DNA of 64,000 nucleotides from an uncultured Clostridia bacterium (GCA_963558405.1 CAUWGC010000004.1:1-64000); one strand, 5' to 3'; numbered from the stretch's first letter, positions 1 to 11,010 are shown. Program-made: numbers and translations. The notes: a model not told the origin generated them from the letters alone.

Positions 1-61
1 TAAGATAAATGAAGATATATAGAGATAATCTATTCATTTATAGAGATAGGAGTGAAATAAA

Positions 62-649
62 ATGGATGATATTTATGAAACAAGAAATTCTATTTATTAC
101 TATCCAGGAACAGACGTATTAAAAAATAAATTAAATATAAAAAAGAGAGAGGAATTACTTTTTTACGAAACAAAAATTACAGCAGCAAAACTATTAAGTT
201 TTCGTAGAAAAGGAATTACAGGAGATTTTAGTAAACAACATTTAATACAAATACATCGTACTTTATTTGAAGATATTTATCCATTTGCAGGAGAATTTAG
301 AACAGAAAATATTGCAAAAGGTAGCTTTAGATTTGCAGAATGGGAATATATAGAAGAACAAGTAGAGTTATTATTAAAACGTTTAAAAGAAGAAAATTAT
401 TTGCAAGGACTAAATAAAAGGGCTTTTGTTGGTAGACTTAGTTTTTATATGGCAGAATTAAATGTCTTACATCCTTTTAGAGAAGGAAATGGAAGAACAA
501 CTCGTGAATTTATTCGTCAGCTTGCATTAAAAAATGGATACACATTAAATTTAACCAAAGTGAGTGCAAAGACTATATTAGAAGCTTGCATGATTTCAGT
601 AATAGATTTAAATCCTTTAGAAGATTTATTAGAAGATTGTATGGAATAA
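62..649 (+). CDS. fic: Fic-domain protein (AMPylase family)
   Basis: Canonical motif HPFREGNGRTTR; SD GGAGTG upstream. Confidence 0.9.
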   Translation: MDDIYETRNSIYYYPGTDVLKNKLNIKKREELLFYETKITAAKLLSFRRKGITGDFSKQHLIQIHRTLFEDIYPFAGEFRTENIAKGSFRFAEWEYIEEQVELLLKRLKEENYLQGLNKRAFVGRLSFYMAELNVLHPFREGNGRTTREFIRQLALKNGYTLNLTKVSAKTILEACMISVIDLNPLEDLLEDCME

Positions 650-662
650 AGAAAGATATATT

Positions 663-707
663 TAAAACTGACTAAATAGATAATATAATCTACGTAGTCA
701 GTTTTTA
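663..707 (+). terminator. Hairpin terminator after fic
   Basis: AAAACTGACTA...TAGTCAGTTTTT inverted repeat. Confidence 0.65.
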
Positions 708-767
708 TTGATATCGGATAATCTTTGTAGTATAATAGCCCTATCTTTAGAAAGGAGAAGAAAATAA

Positions 768-1658
768 ATGGGATTAGTTATAAAAAACGTAAGTAAATAT
801 TTTGGTGAAAAAAAAGCAGTAGATAACATTTCTTTTGAAATAGAAAAACCAGGAGTATTTGGACTACTTGGAACTAATGGAGCAGGAAAAACTACTACAA
901 TTAGAATGATACTAGGTATAATAAAAAAATCAGAAGGAAATATTACATGGAATGGAAAAGAAGTAGAACAAAAAAATGTACGTTTTGGATATTTACCTGA
1001 AGAAAGAGGACTATATCCAAAGACTAAAATATATGATCAATTATATTACTTCGCAAGACTAAAAGGGATGAAAAAAGAAGAAGCTAATAAAGCAATTGAC
1101 TATTGGTTAAAAAAATTAGAGGCAGAAGAATATAAATATATGTTAGCAGAAAAACTCTCTAAAGGAAATCAACAAAAAATACAATTTATTGCTTCTATTA
1201 TAAATGAGCCAGAATTAATTGTATTAGATGAGCCTTTTAGCGGATTAGATCCAGTAAATACAAAGTTATTAAAAGAAGTTATACTAGAACTTGTACAAAA
1301 AGGAAAATATATTATAATGTCTAGTCATCAAATGAGTTCCATTGAAGAATTTTGTACAGATTTAGTTATTTTAAATCGTGGAAAAACAGTTTTGCAAGGT
1401 AATCTTGAAAAAATAAAAGATTCTTATGAGGCTAAAAGTATAGATTTAATTACAAAGAATGATATAACAAAAATAATACAAAAAGTAGGATTACAAATAA
1501 TATATCAAAAAGAACATACTTATCAAATTAAAATTTCAAAAGAAGAAGATGGATACAAACTATTAAGAGAACTTCAAAATGAAGAAATCAAAATACAGAA
1601 ATTTGAAATTAAGAAACCAAGTTTAAATGATATTTTTATTGAGAAGGTAGGTAGATAA
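768..1658 (+). CDS. ABC-2 type exporter ATP-binding protein (YhaQ/NatA-like)
   Basis: Walker A GTNGAGKT, signature LSKGN, Walker B VLDEPFSGLDP. Confidence 0.9.
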   Translation: MGLVIKNVSKYFGEKKAVDNISFEIEKPGVFGLLGTNGAGKTTTIRMILGIIKKSEGNITWNGKEVEQKNVRFGYLPEERGLYPKTKIYDQLYYFARLKGMKKEEANKAIDYWLKKLEAEEYKYMLAEKLSKGNQQKIQFIASIINEPELIVLDEPFSGLDPVNTKLLKEVILELVQKGKYIIMSSHQMSSIEEFCTDLVILNRGKTVLQGNLEKIKDSYEAKSIDLITKNDITKIIQKVGLQIIYQKEHTYQIKISKEEDGYKLLRELQNEEIKIQKFEIKKPSLNDIFIEKVGR

Positions 1659-1659
1659 T

Positions 1660-2898
1660 ATGAAAGATATATTAACTGTAGCAAAATTTACAATAAAAGA
1701 TATGATATCAAGAAAATCTTTTATTATTTCTAGCATTATAATATTTATTTTAATTATAGTAGGATTTAACGTTCCTAATATAATGAATTTATTTGAAACA
1801 GATAAGGGAAACAATGATAATATATTGATAGTAGATTCAAACAATATTTTTAAGGGAACATTAGAAACATTAAATCAAATGCAATTAGGATACCACTTTG
1901 AAATTCAAAATGATAAATTAAGTTTTGAACAAATAAAAGAAAAAATAGAAAAAGAAGAGATTAAGTCTGCAATAATTATTTTAGAAAATGAAAATACATT
2001 AAAACTAGAATATATTGTAAAAGAATTAGGAATGATGTCTGAAGTTCCAAATCAATGTGTAGAAGGATTATCAAAATTGTATCAAAATATTAAATTGATG
2101 GATTTAGGATTAACAGACCTTCAAATACAAAGCTTGAATCCTAATTTTGAATGGGAAATAAAACAAATAGAAGAAAAAGAAATAAGAGGAAATATTTTAG
2201 TAATGATGTTACTTTCTATAGTTCTATTTTATGCAATATATTTTTGTGCTTATCAAGTTTCTACATCAATTACAACAGAAAAAACATCAAAAATAATAGA
2301 AACTTTAGTAACAACTACCAAACCAAGAACAATAATATTAGGTAAAACAATAGGAATAGGAACAGTAGGTTTAATTCAAGTTTGTGCTATTGTATTGGTT
2401 TCTCTTATAAGTGCAAAAATATTCTTACCAGAAGGAATGTTAGAATCTGCACTAGATTTATCTCAAATTACAGTAGGTCTAGGGATAATTACAATTATAT
2501 ATTTCTTATTAGGATATGGAGTATATTCACTATTATATGCACTTACAGGTTCAACTGTAAGTAAACCAGAAGATATACAATCTGCAAATACTCCAGTAGC
2601 TATTTTATCAGTAGTAGGATTTTATTTGGCATATTTTACAATGATGAATCCCACAAGTAATTTAAATATATTTGCATCAATTTTTCCATTTTCTTCACCA
2701 TTTTGCATGCCATTTCGTATAATGATGGGTGTAGCAATGCCATGGGAAATTATAATTTCTATATTGGTGTTAATAATTTTTATGATAATAGTAGCAAAAA
2801 TTTCTATAAAGATATATTCATCAGCAATTTTAAATACAGGAAGTAGAATATCATTTAAAGAAATGATAAATATTTATAAGCAAAAAGACAATAAATAA
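1660..2898 (+). CDS. ABC-2 type permease (YhaP/NatB-like)
   Basis: N-terminal TM, extracellular domain, EKTSKIIETL motif, several C-terminal TMs; coupled to the ATPase. Confidence 0.88.
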   Translation: MKDILTVAKFTIKDMISRKSFIISSIIIFILIIVGFNVPNIMNLFETDKGNNDNILIVDSNNIFKGTLETLNQMQLGYHFEIQNDKLSFEQIKEKIEKEEIKSAIIILENENTLKLEYIVKELGMMSEVPNQCVEGLSKLYQNIKLMDLGLTDLQIQSLNPNFEWEIKQIEEKEIRGNILVMMLLSIVLFYAIYFCAYQVSTSITTEKTSKIIETLVTTTKPRTIILGKTIGIGTVGLIQVCAIVLVSLISAKIFLPEGMLESALDLSQITVGLGIITIIYFLLGYGVYSLLYALTGSTVSKPEDIQSANTPVAILSVVGFYLAYFTMMNPTSNLNIFASIFPFSSPFCMPFRIMMGVAMPWEIIISILVLIIFMIIVAKISIKIYSSAILNTGSRISFKEMINIYKQKDNK

Positions 2899-2918
2899 AA
2901 ATTTAATAAAGTATATAA

Positions 2919-2953
2919 AAAAATAGTAGTTAAATTAGTAACTACTATTTTTT
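2919..2953. terminator. Bidirectional terminator between convergent genes
   Basis: AAAAATAGTAGTTA-aattag-TAACTACTATTTTT. Confidence 0.75.
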
Positions 2954-2958
2954 TATCA

Positions 2959-3375
2959 CTATTCTATTTCATTAGTAAACTTCTCAAAAACATTATACAT
3001 TTCTGGATAATGTTTTTTTAAAGATATTGGTTTCATAGAAGAGTCTGTAAAACAATGCGTTGTTTCTCCAATTAATACAATATCATTGGTATCTTTTTTA
3101 TAAATTTCATATTCTATTTTCATACGAATTCCATTAAATTCTACTATTTTTACAGAAATACAAATGGTTTCCTCAAACATAGCAGGAGATTTATATTTGG
3201 CATTAACACTAAGAACTGGTATCATAACACCTTGTTTTTCAATATAAGAATAAGGAAGTCCAATCTGTTCTAAAAAAGAGATTCTTGCTTCTTCTAAAAA
3301 TCTAATGTAATTAGAATGATGAACAATTTTCATTCCATCTAACTCATAATAATTTATTTTTCTTTCATAAATCAT
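2959..3375 (-). CDS. Acyl-CoA thioesterase, YbgC/4HBT hotdog family
   Basis: YYELDGMKIVHHSNYIRFLEEAR motif. Confidence 0.88.
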   Translation of the reverse strand: MIYERKINYYELDGMKIVHHSNYIRFLEEARISFLEQIGLPYSYIEKQGVMIPVLSVNAKYKSPAMFEETICISVKIVEFNGIRMKIEYEIYKKDTNDIVLIGETTHCFTDSSMKPISLKKHYPEMYNVFEKFTNEIE

Positions 3376-3532
3376 GTTATTTCCTCCATAATATATTTCT
3401 CACAATAAGAATTATACAAGATAAATTATTTTATATCAACAAAATAATGCTTATTTACACAAAAAAGCAAACAATAACAATTTTATGTAACTTGAATATA
3501 ATATATCAAGACTTAAAAAAGGAGGATTATTT

Positions 3533-4300
3533 ATGTTCAATATTTTAAAAGTAGAAAATGTAACAAAAAAATATCAAGCAAAAAATGGAGAAATAGAAGC
3601 TTTAAACAATATTAATTTTGAAATAAAAGAAGGAGAATTTGTAAGTCTAATTGGTCCTAGTGGATGTGGAAAATCCACATTACTGTCTATTATTGCTGGA
3701 TTAGAGAAAAAGGATTCTGGAAATATATTTATTGAAGGAGAAAACATTGATGGAATTTCTAACAAAATTGGATACATGCTTCAAAAAGATAGTTTATTAG
3801 AATGGAGAACAATATGGAATAATGTTACTTTTGGACTAGAAGTAAGAGGAATAAAGACAAAAGAAAACGAAAGCTATGTAGAAAATTTATTAAGAAAATA
3901 TAAGATTATTGATTTTAAGGATAAGTATCCATCACAATTATCTGGTGGAATGAGACAAAGAGTTGCGTTAATAAGGACATTAGCAATAAAACCTAAAATT
4001 TTATTATTAGATGAAGCTTTTTCTGCTTTAGATTATCAAACTAGAATTATGGTTACAAAAGATATTTATAATATTTTAAAAAGCGAAAATAAAACTGTTT
4101 TAATGGTAACACATGATATATCTGAAGCAATTAGTATGTCAGATCGTATTATTGTTCTTAGTAATAGACCTGCTAAAATAAAAAATATCCATACTATTGA
4201 TTTTAAAATGGAGAATAGAGATCCAATTAATTGTAGACAAAGTCCATTATTTTCGGAATATTTTAATACATTATGGAAGGAGCTAGAAGTACATGAATGA
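3533..4300 (+). CDS. NitT/TauT-family ABC transporter ATP-binding protein
   Basis: GPSGCGKS, LSGGMRQR, LLLDEAFSALD. Confidence 0.9.
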   Translation: MFNILKVENVTKKYQAKNGEIEALNNINFEIKEGEFVSLIGPSGCGKSTLLSIIAGLEKKDSGNIFIEGENIDGISNKIGYMLQKDSLLEWRTIWNNVTFGLEVRGIKTKENESYVENLLRKYKIIDFKDKYPSQLSGGMRQRVALIRTLAIKPKILLLDEAFSALDYQTRIMVTKDIYNILKSENKTVLMVTHDISEAISMSDRIIVLSNRPAKIKNIHTIDFKMENRDPINCRQSPLFSEYFNTLWKELEVHE

Positions 4301-5096
4301 TAAAAAAATATCTGAGGCAAGAAAAAAATATTTAAAAAATATAAAAAAAAATAAAATATTAATACTTACAACACAAATATCTATTGTTGTTATTTTTATT
4401 ATACTATGGGAAGTTTTAGCTAATCAAGGCGTTATAGATAGCTTTATTATGAGCAAGCCAAGCAGAATTTGGAACACATTATTAAATTTAACTTCAAATG
4501 ATTTATTAAAACATCTTGGAATTACATGTTTAGAAACTATTATAGGTTTTTCATTAGGAACTGTACTAGGTATTTTAATTGCTATTATACTTTGGTGGTC
4601 AGATTTTTTATCTAAAGTATCAGAACCATTTTTAGTAGTATTAAATAGTCTACCAAAAGTTGCTTTAGGACCAGTAATTATTATTTGGGTAGGAGCTGGA
4701 ATGCCGGCAATTATAGTAATGGCATTATCAATATCATTAATAGTAACAATATTACAAAATTTAAATGGATTTTTAGGAACAGACAAAGAAAAGATTAAAA
4801 TGGCAAAGACATTTGGAGCAAATAAGTTTCAAATATTAAATAAAGTTGTAATTCCATCTAATATTTCTACATTTATAAATTCCCTTAAAGTAAATATTGG
4901 ATTATCACTAGTAGGTGTAATTTCGGGGGAATTTTTAGTATCTAAAGGTGGACTTGGATATTTAATTGTTTATGGAGGCCAGGTTTTTCAATTAGATTTA
5001 GTTATGACAAGTGTTCTTATTTTGGGAATAGTTGCAGCTATTATGTATGAAAGTGTTGTTTTATTAGAAAAAAGAATTATGAAAAAAATAAAATAA
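4293..5096 (+). CDS. NitT/TauT-family ABC permease
   Basis: Multiple TMs, EAA-like loop AKTFGA, GEFL..GGLG. Confidence 0.88.
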   Translation: MNDKKISEARKKYLKNIKKNKILILTTQISIVVIFIILWEVLANQGVIDSFIMSKPSRIWNTLLNLTSNDLLKHLGITCLETIIGFSLGTVLGILIAIILWWSDFLSKVSEPFLVVLNSLPKVALGPVIIIWVGAGMPAIIVMALSISLIVTILQNLNGFLGTDKEKIKMAKTFGANKFQILNKVVIPSNISTFINSLKVNIGLSLVGVISGEFLVSKGGLGYLIVYGGQVFQLDLVMTSVLILGIVAAIMYESVVLLEKRIMKKIK

Positions 5097-5154
5097 TATG
5101 CACAAATAATAAAATTTTTAATATATTATGTTAAAAAAGAAAGGGGATTATAAA

Positions 5155-6168
5155 ATGAAAAAATACGTTAGTATTATAATAACTATTATTGTACTTATTG
5201 CTGGTGCATTAGGTTATAAGTTTTTAAAACCAGATGAAACAAATGAAAATTTAACAAAGGTTAGAGTAAATGAAGTTACTCGTTCAGTGTTTTATGCACC
5301 ACAATATGTTGCTTTAAACAAAGGATTTTTTAAAGAAGAAGGATTAGATATAGAATTTACAACAGCGGAAGGTTCTGATAAAGTGATGACAGCAATATTA
5401 TCAGGGCAAGCAGACATAGGTCTTTCTGGTCCAGAAACATCTATATATGTATGTAACGAAGGTAAAGAAGATTATACAGAAGTATTTGCACAACTTACTA
5501 AAAAAGATGGATCATTTTTAGTAAGTAAAACAAAACAGGAAAATTTTAGTTGGCAAAATTTAAAAGGTACTACAGTAATTCCAGGTAGAAAAGGTGGAGT
5601 ACCATATATGACATTTGAATATGTGGTAAAACAAAATGGATTAGTGCCTGGTAAAGATGTTATATTAGATGATAGTATTAAATTTGATTTGATGGCAGGA
5701 GCTTTTGCAGGAGGAGATGCAGAATATGTTACTTTATTTGAACCTACTGCATCTATGACAGAAAATGCAGGAAAAGGATATATAGTAGCTTCTGTAGGGG
5801 AAGCAGCAGGAGAAATTCCATATACAGGTTATACAGCTAAGAAAAGTTATATAGAAAATAATGAAGATATTATTCAAAAATTTACAAATGCCATTTATAA
5901 AGGACAAAAATATGTTAAAGAACACACAGCAAGAGAAATTGCAGAATCAATACAAGAATATTTTCCAAGTACTGAATTAGATTTATTAGAAACAGTTATT
6001 CAAAGATATAAAGATATTGATGTATGGAATGATACCCCAATATTAAAAGAAGAGTCATTTGACTTATTACAAACAGTAATGCAAGAAGCAGGAGAACTAA
6101 CTAAAAAAGCTCCATATGATAAAGTTGTAAATAATAAATATGCAGAAAAGGCAGTAGAAATAAACTAG
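5155..6168 (+). CDS. NitT/TauT (NMT1/THI5-like) substrate-binding protein
   Basis: Start moved to ATG 5155 after SD AGGGGA; EVTRSVFYAPQYVA motif. Confidence 0.85.
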   Translation: MKKYVSIIITIIVLIAGALGYKFLKPDETNENLTKVRVNEVTRSVFYAPQYVALNKGFFKEEGLDIEFTTAEGSDKVMTAILSGQADIGLSGPETSIYVCNEGKEDYTEVFAQLTKKDGSFLVSKTKQENFSWQNLKGTTVIPGRKGGVPYMTFEYVVKQNGLVPGKDVILDDSIKFDLMAGAFAGGDAEYVTLFEPTASMTENAGKGYIVASVGEAAGEIPYTGYTAKKSYIENNEDIIQKFTNAIYKGQKYVKEHTAREIAESIQEYFPSTELDLLETVIQRYKDIDVWNDTPILKEESFDLLQTVMQEAGELTKKAPYDKVVNNKYAEKAVEIN

Positions 6169-6270
6169 AATAAAAAAAGACTATTGATGATGTGCATTAT
6201 CAATGGTCTTTATAATTTTATTTAATAGTAATAGAATAAATAAATTTATAGTTATAAAAGGGTAAAAAAA

Positions 6271-6298
6271 TGTAACATAAATGTAATATAAATGTAAC
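6271..6298 (+). promoter_or_regulatory. Triple TGTAA(C/T)-N5 direct repeat (WalR/OmpR-type box) upstream of nrdD
   Basis: TGTAAC-ataaa-TGTAAT-ataaa-TGTAAC. Confidence 0.4.
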
Positions 6299-6601
6299 AA
6301 TACTGAAATATAAATCTTGAAAACCTAACTGTAGTAAGGGATTATAAATTAAAAATATATAAAAATACAATAAATGGAATTTATTAAAAAAATATTTTTA
6401 GCAAGTAAATCAATACTTTGAACGGCGTCTTTACATAAGTACTAAAAATTTGACATTACTTTTGGGCTGATATAGGATAAGCTTGCAGTTAAAAATAGAG
6501 CAAACTTAGTTGTCCGTAAGTAAACAAAGAATGGGAAAATAGCTTAATTTAATATATTACTAAGGATAATCAAACAAATATAAAAATAGGGGGAATAAAA
6601 A

Positions 6602-8887
6602 ATGCAAGTTATTAAAAGAGATGGTAGAGTAACCGAATTTAATCCAGAAAGAATAGTAAAGGCAGTAAGTTTAGCAATGTCTCATACACCAGGAGGAGTA
6701 GATATAGAACTTGCCAACAAAATCGCATTAAATGTACAAAAACAATTAGAAGATAAAATGCAAACTACAGTTTATGAAATTCAAGATTTAGTAGAAAAAA
6801 GATTAATGGCATCTTCTAGAAAAGAAGTTGCTCAAGAATATATAACATATCGTTATAACAGAGATGTAGCAAGAAAATCAAAAACAAAGGAAATGTTCTT
6901 AGAAATAATAGAAGCAAAAGCAAATGATGTAACAAGAGAAAATGCTAATATGAATGCAGACACACCAGCTGGTATGATGATGAAATTTGCATCTGAAACA
7001 ACAAAACCATTTGTAGATGATTTTTTACTATCACCAGAAGCAAGAGAAGCATATCAAAATGGATATATTCATATTCATGACAAAGATTATTATCCAACAA
7101 AAAGTTTAACTTGTTTACAACACCCATTAGATAAAATATTAAAAAATGGTTTTAGAGCAGGACATGGTTCTTCAAGACCAGCAAAAAGAATAGAAACAGC
7201 ATCTATCATAGGATGTATTTCTATGGAAACAGTACAAAACGAAATGCATGGTGGACAAGCTATTCCAGCATTTGACTTTTATTTAGCACCATATGTAAAA
7301 CTTACATTTATAGAAGAAATTAAAAAAATAGAAGAATTTCTTGATAAAGATTTATCAAAATTATATGATTATCAACCAAAAGATTATATAAAGAAAGAAT
7401 TAACTGGTCTAGATGGAGACGAAAGAGATATTCAAGCTGCTATTAACGGAACAGTAGGAAGAGTACATCAAGCAATGGAAGCATTTATTCATAATATGAA
7501 TACAATCCATTCAAGAGGAGGAAATCAAGTAGTATTTAGTTCAATCAACTATGGTACAGATACTTCACCAGAAGGAAGATGTATTATAAGAGAACTTCTT
7601 CTTTCAACAGAAAGAGGAGTTGGAAATGGTGAAACACCTATATTCCCAATACAAATATGGAAGAAAAAAAGAGGAGTTAATTATTTACCAGAAGATCCAA
7701 ACTATGATTTATATAAATTAGCATGTAGAGTAACTGCTAAAAGATTTTTCCCAAACTTCATTAACCTAGATGCTAGTTTTAACAAACATGATAAATGGAA
7801 AGCAGATGATCCTAATAGATATATGTATGAATGTGCAACAATGGGATGCAGAACAAGAGTATTTGCAGATAGACATGGTGAAAAAACATCAGTAGGAAGA
7901 GGAAATTTATCTTTTACCACAGTAAATATTGTACGTATTGCAATAGAATCTGCATTGGAAGCACAAGAACAATGTAACTTGCACTTTGAATTAGGTCGTG
8001 GCAGCGAAGAAAAAATGACAGAAAAATATAAAAAGACAGTAAAAAATATATTTAAAAAGAAATTAGAAAAATATACAGATATTGCAGCAAGACAACTATA
8101 TGATAGATATAAATTCCAATGTACAGCAGTAGCAAAACAATTTCCTATGTTGATGTCAGGACTATGGCAAGATAGTGAACAATTAGGACCAAACGATTAT
8201 GTAGAAAAAGTACTAAAACATGGAACTTTAGGAATAGGATTTATTGGACTTGCGGAATGTTTAACAATTCTTACAGGAAAGCATCATGGTGAATCAGAAG
8301 AAGCACAAAAATTAGGTATTGAAATAATTAGTCAAATTAATGATGCATGTAATAATTATTCTGAACGTTATGATTTAAATTATTCTTGTTTAGCAACACC
8401 AGCTGAAGGATTATCTGGAAGATTTACAAAAATGGATAGAAAAAAATACGGAACTATTTTAGGAGTAACAGATAGAGATTATTATACAAATAGTAACCAT
8501 GTTCCAGTATGGTATAAATGTACAGCAGAACATAAAGCAAAAATAGAAGCTCCATATCATGCATTAACAAGTGGTGGACATATATTCTATATAGAATTAG
8601 ATGGAGATGCTACACACAATCCAGATACAATTGAAGCAGTTGTTGATTTAATGGATAAGTATGACATGGGATATGGTTCTGTAAATCATACAAGATCTAG
8701 ATGTTTAGATTGTGGATTTGAAAATGCAGAAGCTGATTTAAAAGAATGCCCAATGTGTGGAGGAACTAATATTGACACAATTCAAAGAATTACAGGATAT
8801 TTAGTAGGAACTACAGCTCGTTGGAATAAAGGAAAATTAGCTGAATTACATGATAGAGTTACACATAGTGGATTAGGAGAAATGTAA
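6602..8887 (+). CDS. nrdD: Anaerobic (class III) ribonucleoside-triphosphate reductase
   Basis: ATP-cone (VIKRDG), TMGCR, CxxC...CxxC Zn site, glycyl-radical motif RITGYL. Confidence 0.97.
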   Translation: MQVIKRDGRVTEFNPERIVKAVSLAMSHTPGGVDIELANKIALNVQKQLEDKMQTTVYEIQDLVEKRLMASSRKEVAQEYITYRYNRDVARKSKTKEMFLEIIEAKANDVTRENANMNADTPAGMMMKFASETTKPFVDDFLLSPEAREAYQNGYIHIHDKDYYPTKSLTCLQHPLDKILKNGFRAGHGSSRPAKRIETASIIGCISMETVQNEMHGGQAIPAFDFYLAPYVKLTFIEEIKKIEEFLDKDLSKLYDYQPKDYIKKELTGLDGDERDIQAAINGTVGRVHQAMEAFIHNMNTIHSRGGNQVVFSSINYGTDTSPEGRCIIRELLLSTERGVGNGETPIFPIQIWKKKRGVNYLPEDPNYDLYKLACRVTAKRFFPNFINLDASFNKHDKWKADDPNRYMYECATMGCRTRVFADRHGEKTSVGRGNLSFTTVNIVRIAIESALEAQEQCNLHFELGRGSEEKMTEKYKKTVKNIFKKKLEKYTDIAARQLYDRYKFQCTAVAKQFPMLMSGLWQDSEQLGPNDYVEKVLKHGTLGIGFIGLAECLTILTGKHHGESEEAQKLGIEIISQINDACNNYSERYDLNYSCLATPAEGLSGRFTKMDRKKYGTILGVTDRDYYTNSNHVPVWYKCTAEHKAKIEAPYHALTSGGHIFYIELDGDATHNPDTIEAVVDLMDKYDMGYGSVNHTRSRCLDCGFENAEADLKECPMCGGTNIDTIQRITGYLVGTTARWNKGKLAELHDRVTHSGLGEM

Positions 8888-8906
8888 AAAATAGAGGTGA
8901 ATTAAT

Positions 8907-9410
8907 ATGAAAATGGCAGGATTTTATGACGAAAGCATTTCAAATGGATTAGGATGGAGAGCAGTACTTTTTGTTAGTGGATGTCCACATAACTGTCCAG
9001 GATGTCATAATAAAGAAGCACAAAATTTTAATTATGGAGAAGAATTTAATAAAGAAGAAGTTATTAAAAGAATAAAGGAAAATTCTATATTAAAAGGAAT
9101 AACAATAAGTGGAGGAGAACCACTTTGCAAGCAAAATATAGGAGAAGTTTTAGACTTTATAAAAACTGTAAAGCAAGAAAAACCAGGATTTAATATTTGG
9201 TGTTATTCTGGATATACTTTAGAGGAGCTAGAAGCAAGAAAAGATGAAACTACAAATGAAGTATTAAAACAAATAGATGTATTAGTAGATGGAGAATTTG
9301 TAGAATCAAAAAAAGTACCAGGATTAAAATTTAGAGGTTCAAGTAATCAAAGAATCTTAGACATTCCAAAATGTATAAGTGAAAACAAAATTGTAGAAAT
9401 ACCAGTATAA
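8907..9410 (+). CDS. nrdG: Anaerobic RNR activating enzyme (radical SAM)
   Basis: GCPHNCPGCHN (CxxxCxxC), SGGEP, FRGSSNQR. Confidence 0.96.
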   Translation: MKMAGFYDESISNGLGWRAVLFVSGCPHNCPGCHNKEAQNFNYGEEFNKEEVIKRIKENSILKGITISGGEPLCKQNIGEVLDFIKTVKQEKPGFNIWCYSGYTLEELEARKDETTNEVLKQIDVLVDGEFVESKKVPGLKFRGSSNQRILDIPKCISENKIVEIPV

Positions 9411-9427
9411 ATATTATTAAATACAAT

Positions 9428-9457
9428 AAAAAGGATTCCTAAAACAGGAATCCTTTT
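9428..9457. terminator. Terminator after nrdG
   Basis: AAAAGGATTCCT-aaaac-AGGAATCCTTTT. Confidence 0.75.
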
Positions 9458-9465
9458 GGTATGAT

Positions 9466-9969
9466 TTAAGTCTTTGGTAAAAAGATTATTACTATCATAC
9501 ATATTACAAATAAAAATACAAGATAATAATAAAATACTAAAAATAATAATAAAAATAATAATCCAATTCCAAAAGATAGAGATGTAGAAGTAATAAGAGT
9601 TTTAAAGAAGTTTTTTGTTTCGGAGAAAGGTTGACAAGCCAAAATTCCCACAATTAAAAAGAATAGGAAAATTCCTCCAAAAGTAAGCGGATGTTTCTCA
9701 AATCCTCCGTTTAAAAATTTTCGTAGTAAAAAAAAGTTAACAATTCCTTTTTTAGCTAATAATTCTATTAAACATAGAAGGTCTATTTGAACCGCAAAGG
9801 AAAAGATAATACATGGAGAAAACGAAAAGTAAAATCTCCGGCTAATACGAAAACCGCAATATAACCATATTGCTAATAATACGGAAAGAAAAATGGATAT
9901 TAGACTAAACAAAAAATTAATACTACCTTTGAAATAGAAATTAACAATGAAGTATAACATTAAATGCAC
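9466..9969 (-). CDS. Hypothetical membrane protein
   Basis: 167-aa hydrophobic ORF, SD-like GAAAGGAC upstream; atypical codon usage, includes one in-frame CGG. Confidence 0.5.
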   Translation of the reverse strand: MHLMLYFIVNFYFKGSINFLFSLISIFLSVLLAIWLYCGFRISRRFYFSFSPCIIFSFAVQIDLLCLIELLAKKGIVNFFLLRKFLNGGFEKHPLTFGGIFLFFLIVGILACQPFSETKNFFKTLITSTSLSFGIGLLFLLLFLVFYYYLVFLFVICMIVIIFLPKT

Positions 9970-10234
9970 GTCCTTTCTATATAATAGTATAATATTTGTA
10001 CATCATACCAAAAACAAATATTATAGATATTGTAACACATATAAACAAAATTAGCTACTAAATGCAAGTTTAAGCAAAAAATAACTTGGAAATAAGCATG
10101 GAAAAAGTTAATAAATTCTTACCAAGTATTGACAATGTATGTCAAATTAATGTATAATGAAGAACAGAAATCGGATTTTTAAAATCCCAAAATCCCACAC
10201 AAAGATGGTGTTAATACTGGAAGGAGGGGAAATT

Positions 10235-10405
10235 ATGTCAGAAGTTAAAGTAAAAGATGGTAATATAGAAGATGCTTTAAAAAGATTTAAAAGACAATGT
10301 GCAAGAAATGGAGTACTTCAAGAAGTACGTAAAAGAGAACACTATGAGAAACCAAGTGTAAAAAGAAAGAAAAAGTCAGAGGCTGCAAGAAAAAGAAAAT
10401 TTTAA
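10235..10405 (+). CDS. rpsU: 30S ribosomal protein S21
   Basis: Start MSEVKV after SD AGGAGG; ALKRFKR...[15 protein letters not shown]. Confidence 0.97.
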   Translation: MSEVKVKDGNIEDALKRFKRQCARNGVLQEVRKREHYEKPSVKRKKKSEAARKRKF

Positions 10406-10472
10406 TTAGTATAAAGGAGGCGTTTCAATTTTAAAAATTGAGGCGTCTTTTTGAGTTTTAGGAGGTATTTTT

Positions 10473-10913
10473 ATGTTAAAAGAAAAACTTTTAGAAGATT
10501 TAAAAGAAGCTATGAAAGAAAAAGATAGTATTAAAAAAAATACTATTCAAATGGCAAGAGCTGCTGTTTTGCAAGTGGAAAAAGATAAACAAATAGAATT
10601 GCAAGATAGTGATATTTTAACAATATTGGCAAAAGAAGTTAAAAAAAGAAAAGATTCTTTATCAGATTATCAAAAAGGTGGAAGAGAAGATTTAGTAGAA
10701 CAAATAAATAAAGAAATACAAGTATTAGAAGTGTATCTACCAAAACAACTTTCAAAAGAAGAATTAGAAAAAGAATTACAAGAAATAGTAAAGAAATTAA
10801 ATGCAACAAGTATGAAAGATATGGGAATAGTAATGAAAACGGCAAAAGAAAAAATAGGAACAAGAGCGGATGGAAAAGAAATAAATGAGATTGTAAAAAA
10901 ATTATTAGGATAA
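10473..10913 (+). CDS. yqeY: GatB/YqeY-domain protein
   Basis: DLKEAMK..., YLPKQLS, KDMG.VMK, RADGK; conserved position after rpsU. Confidence 0.92.
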   Translation: MLKEKLLEDLKEAMKEKDSIKKNTIQMARAAVLQVEKDKQIELQDSDILTILAKEVKKRKDSLSDYQKGGREDLVEQINKEIQVLEVYLPKQLSKEELEKELQEIVKKLNATSMKDMGIVMKTAKEKIGTRADGKEINEIVKKLLG

Positions 10914-10953
10914 TATAAGGAAAAGTATATAAAATCAAATATTATGTAAAACG

Positions 10954-10982
10954 TTGACTATTTTAGTAAAATTTGATAAAAT
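10954..10982 (+). promoter_or_regulatory. SigA-type promoter
   Basis: TTGACT-17 nt-TAAAAT. Confidence 0.65.
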
Positions 10983-11010
10983 AATAATAGATTTTAAGGA
11001 GGTGTTGTTA

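Noticed and set aside
62-649. Fic protein as an effector of the T4SS-like locus
   Set aside because: About 16 kb away, stand-alone domain, no sequence evidence of linkage
6330-6600. NrdR boxes or a riboswitch upstream of nrdD
   Set aside because: No convincing match to consensus by eye
10157-10234. N-terminal extension of rpsU containing an in-frame CGG
   Set aside because: The real start is ATG 10235 after AGGAGG, so this CGG is in the leader and was not counted
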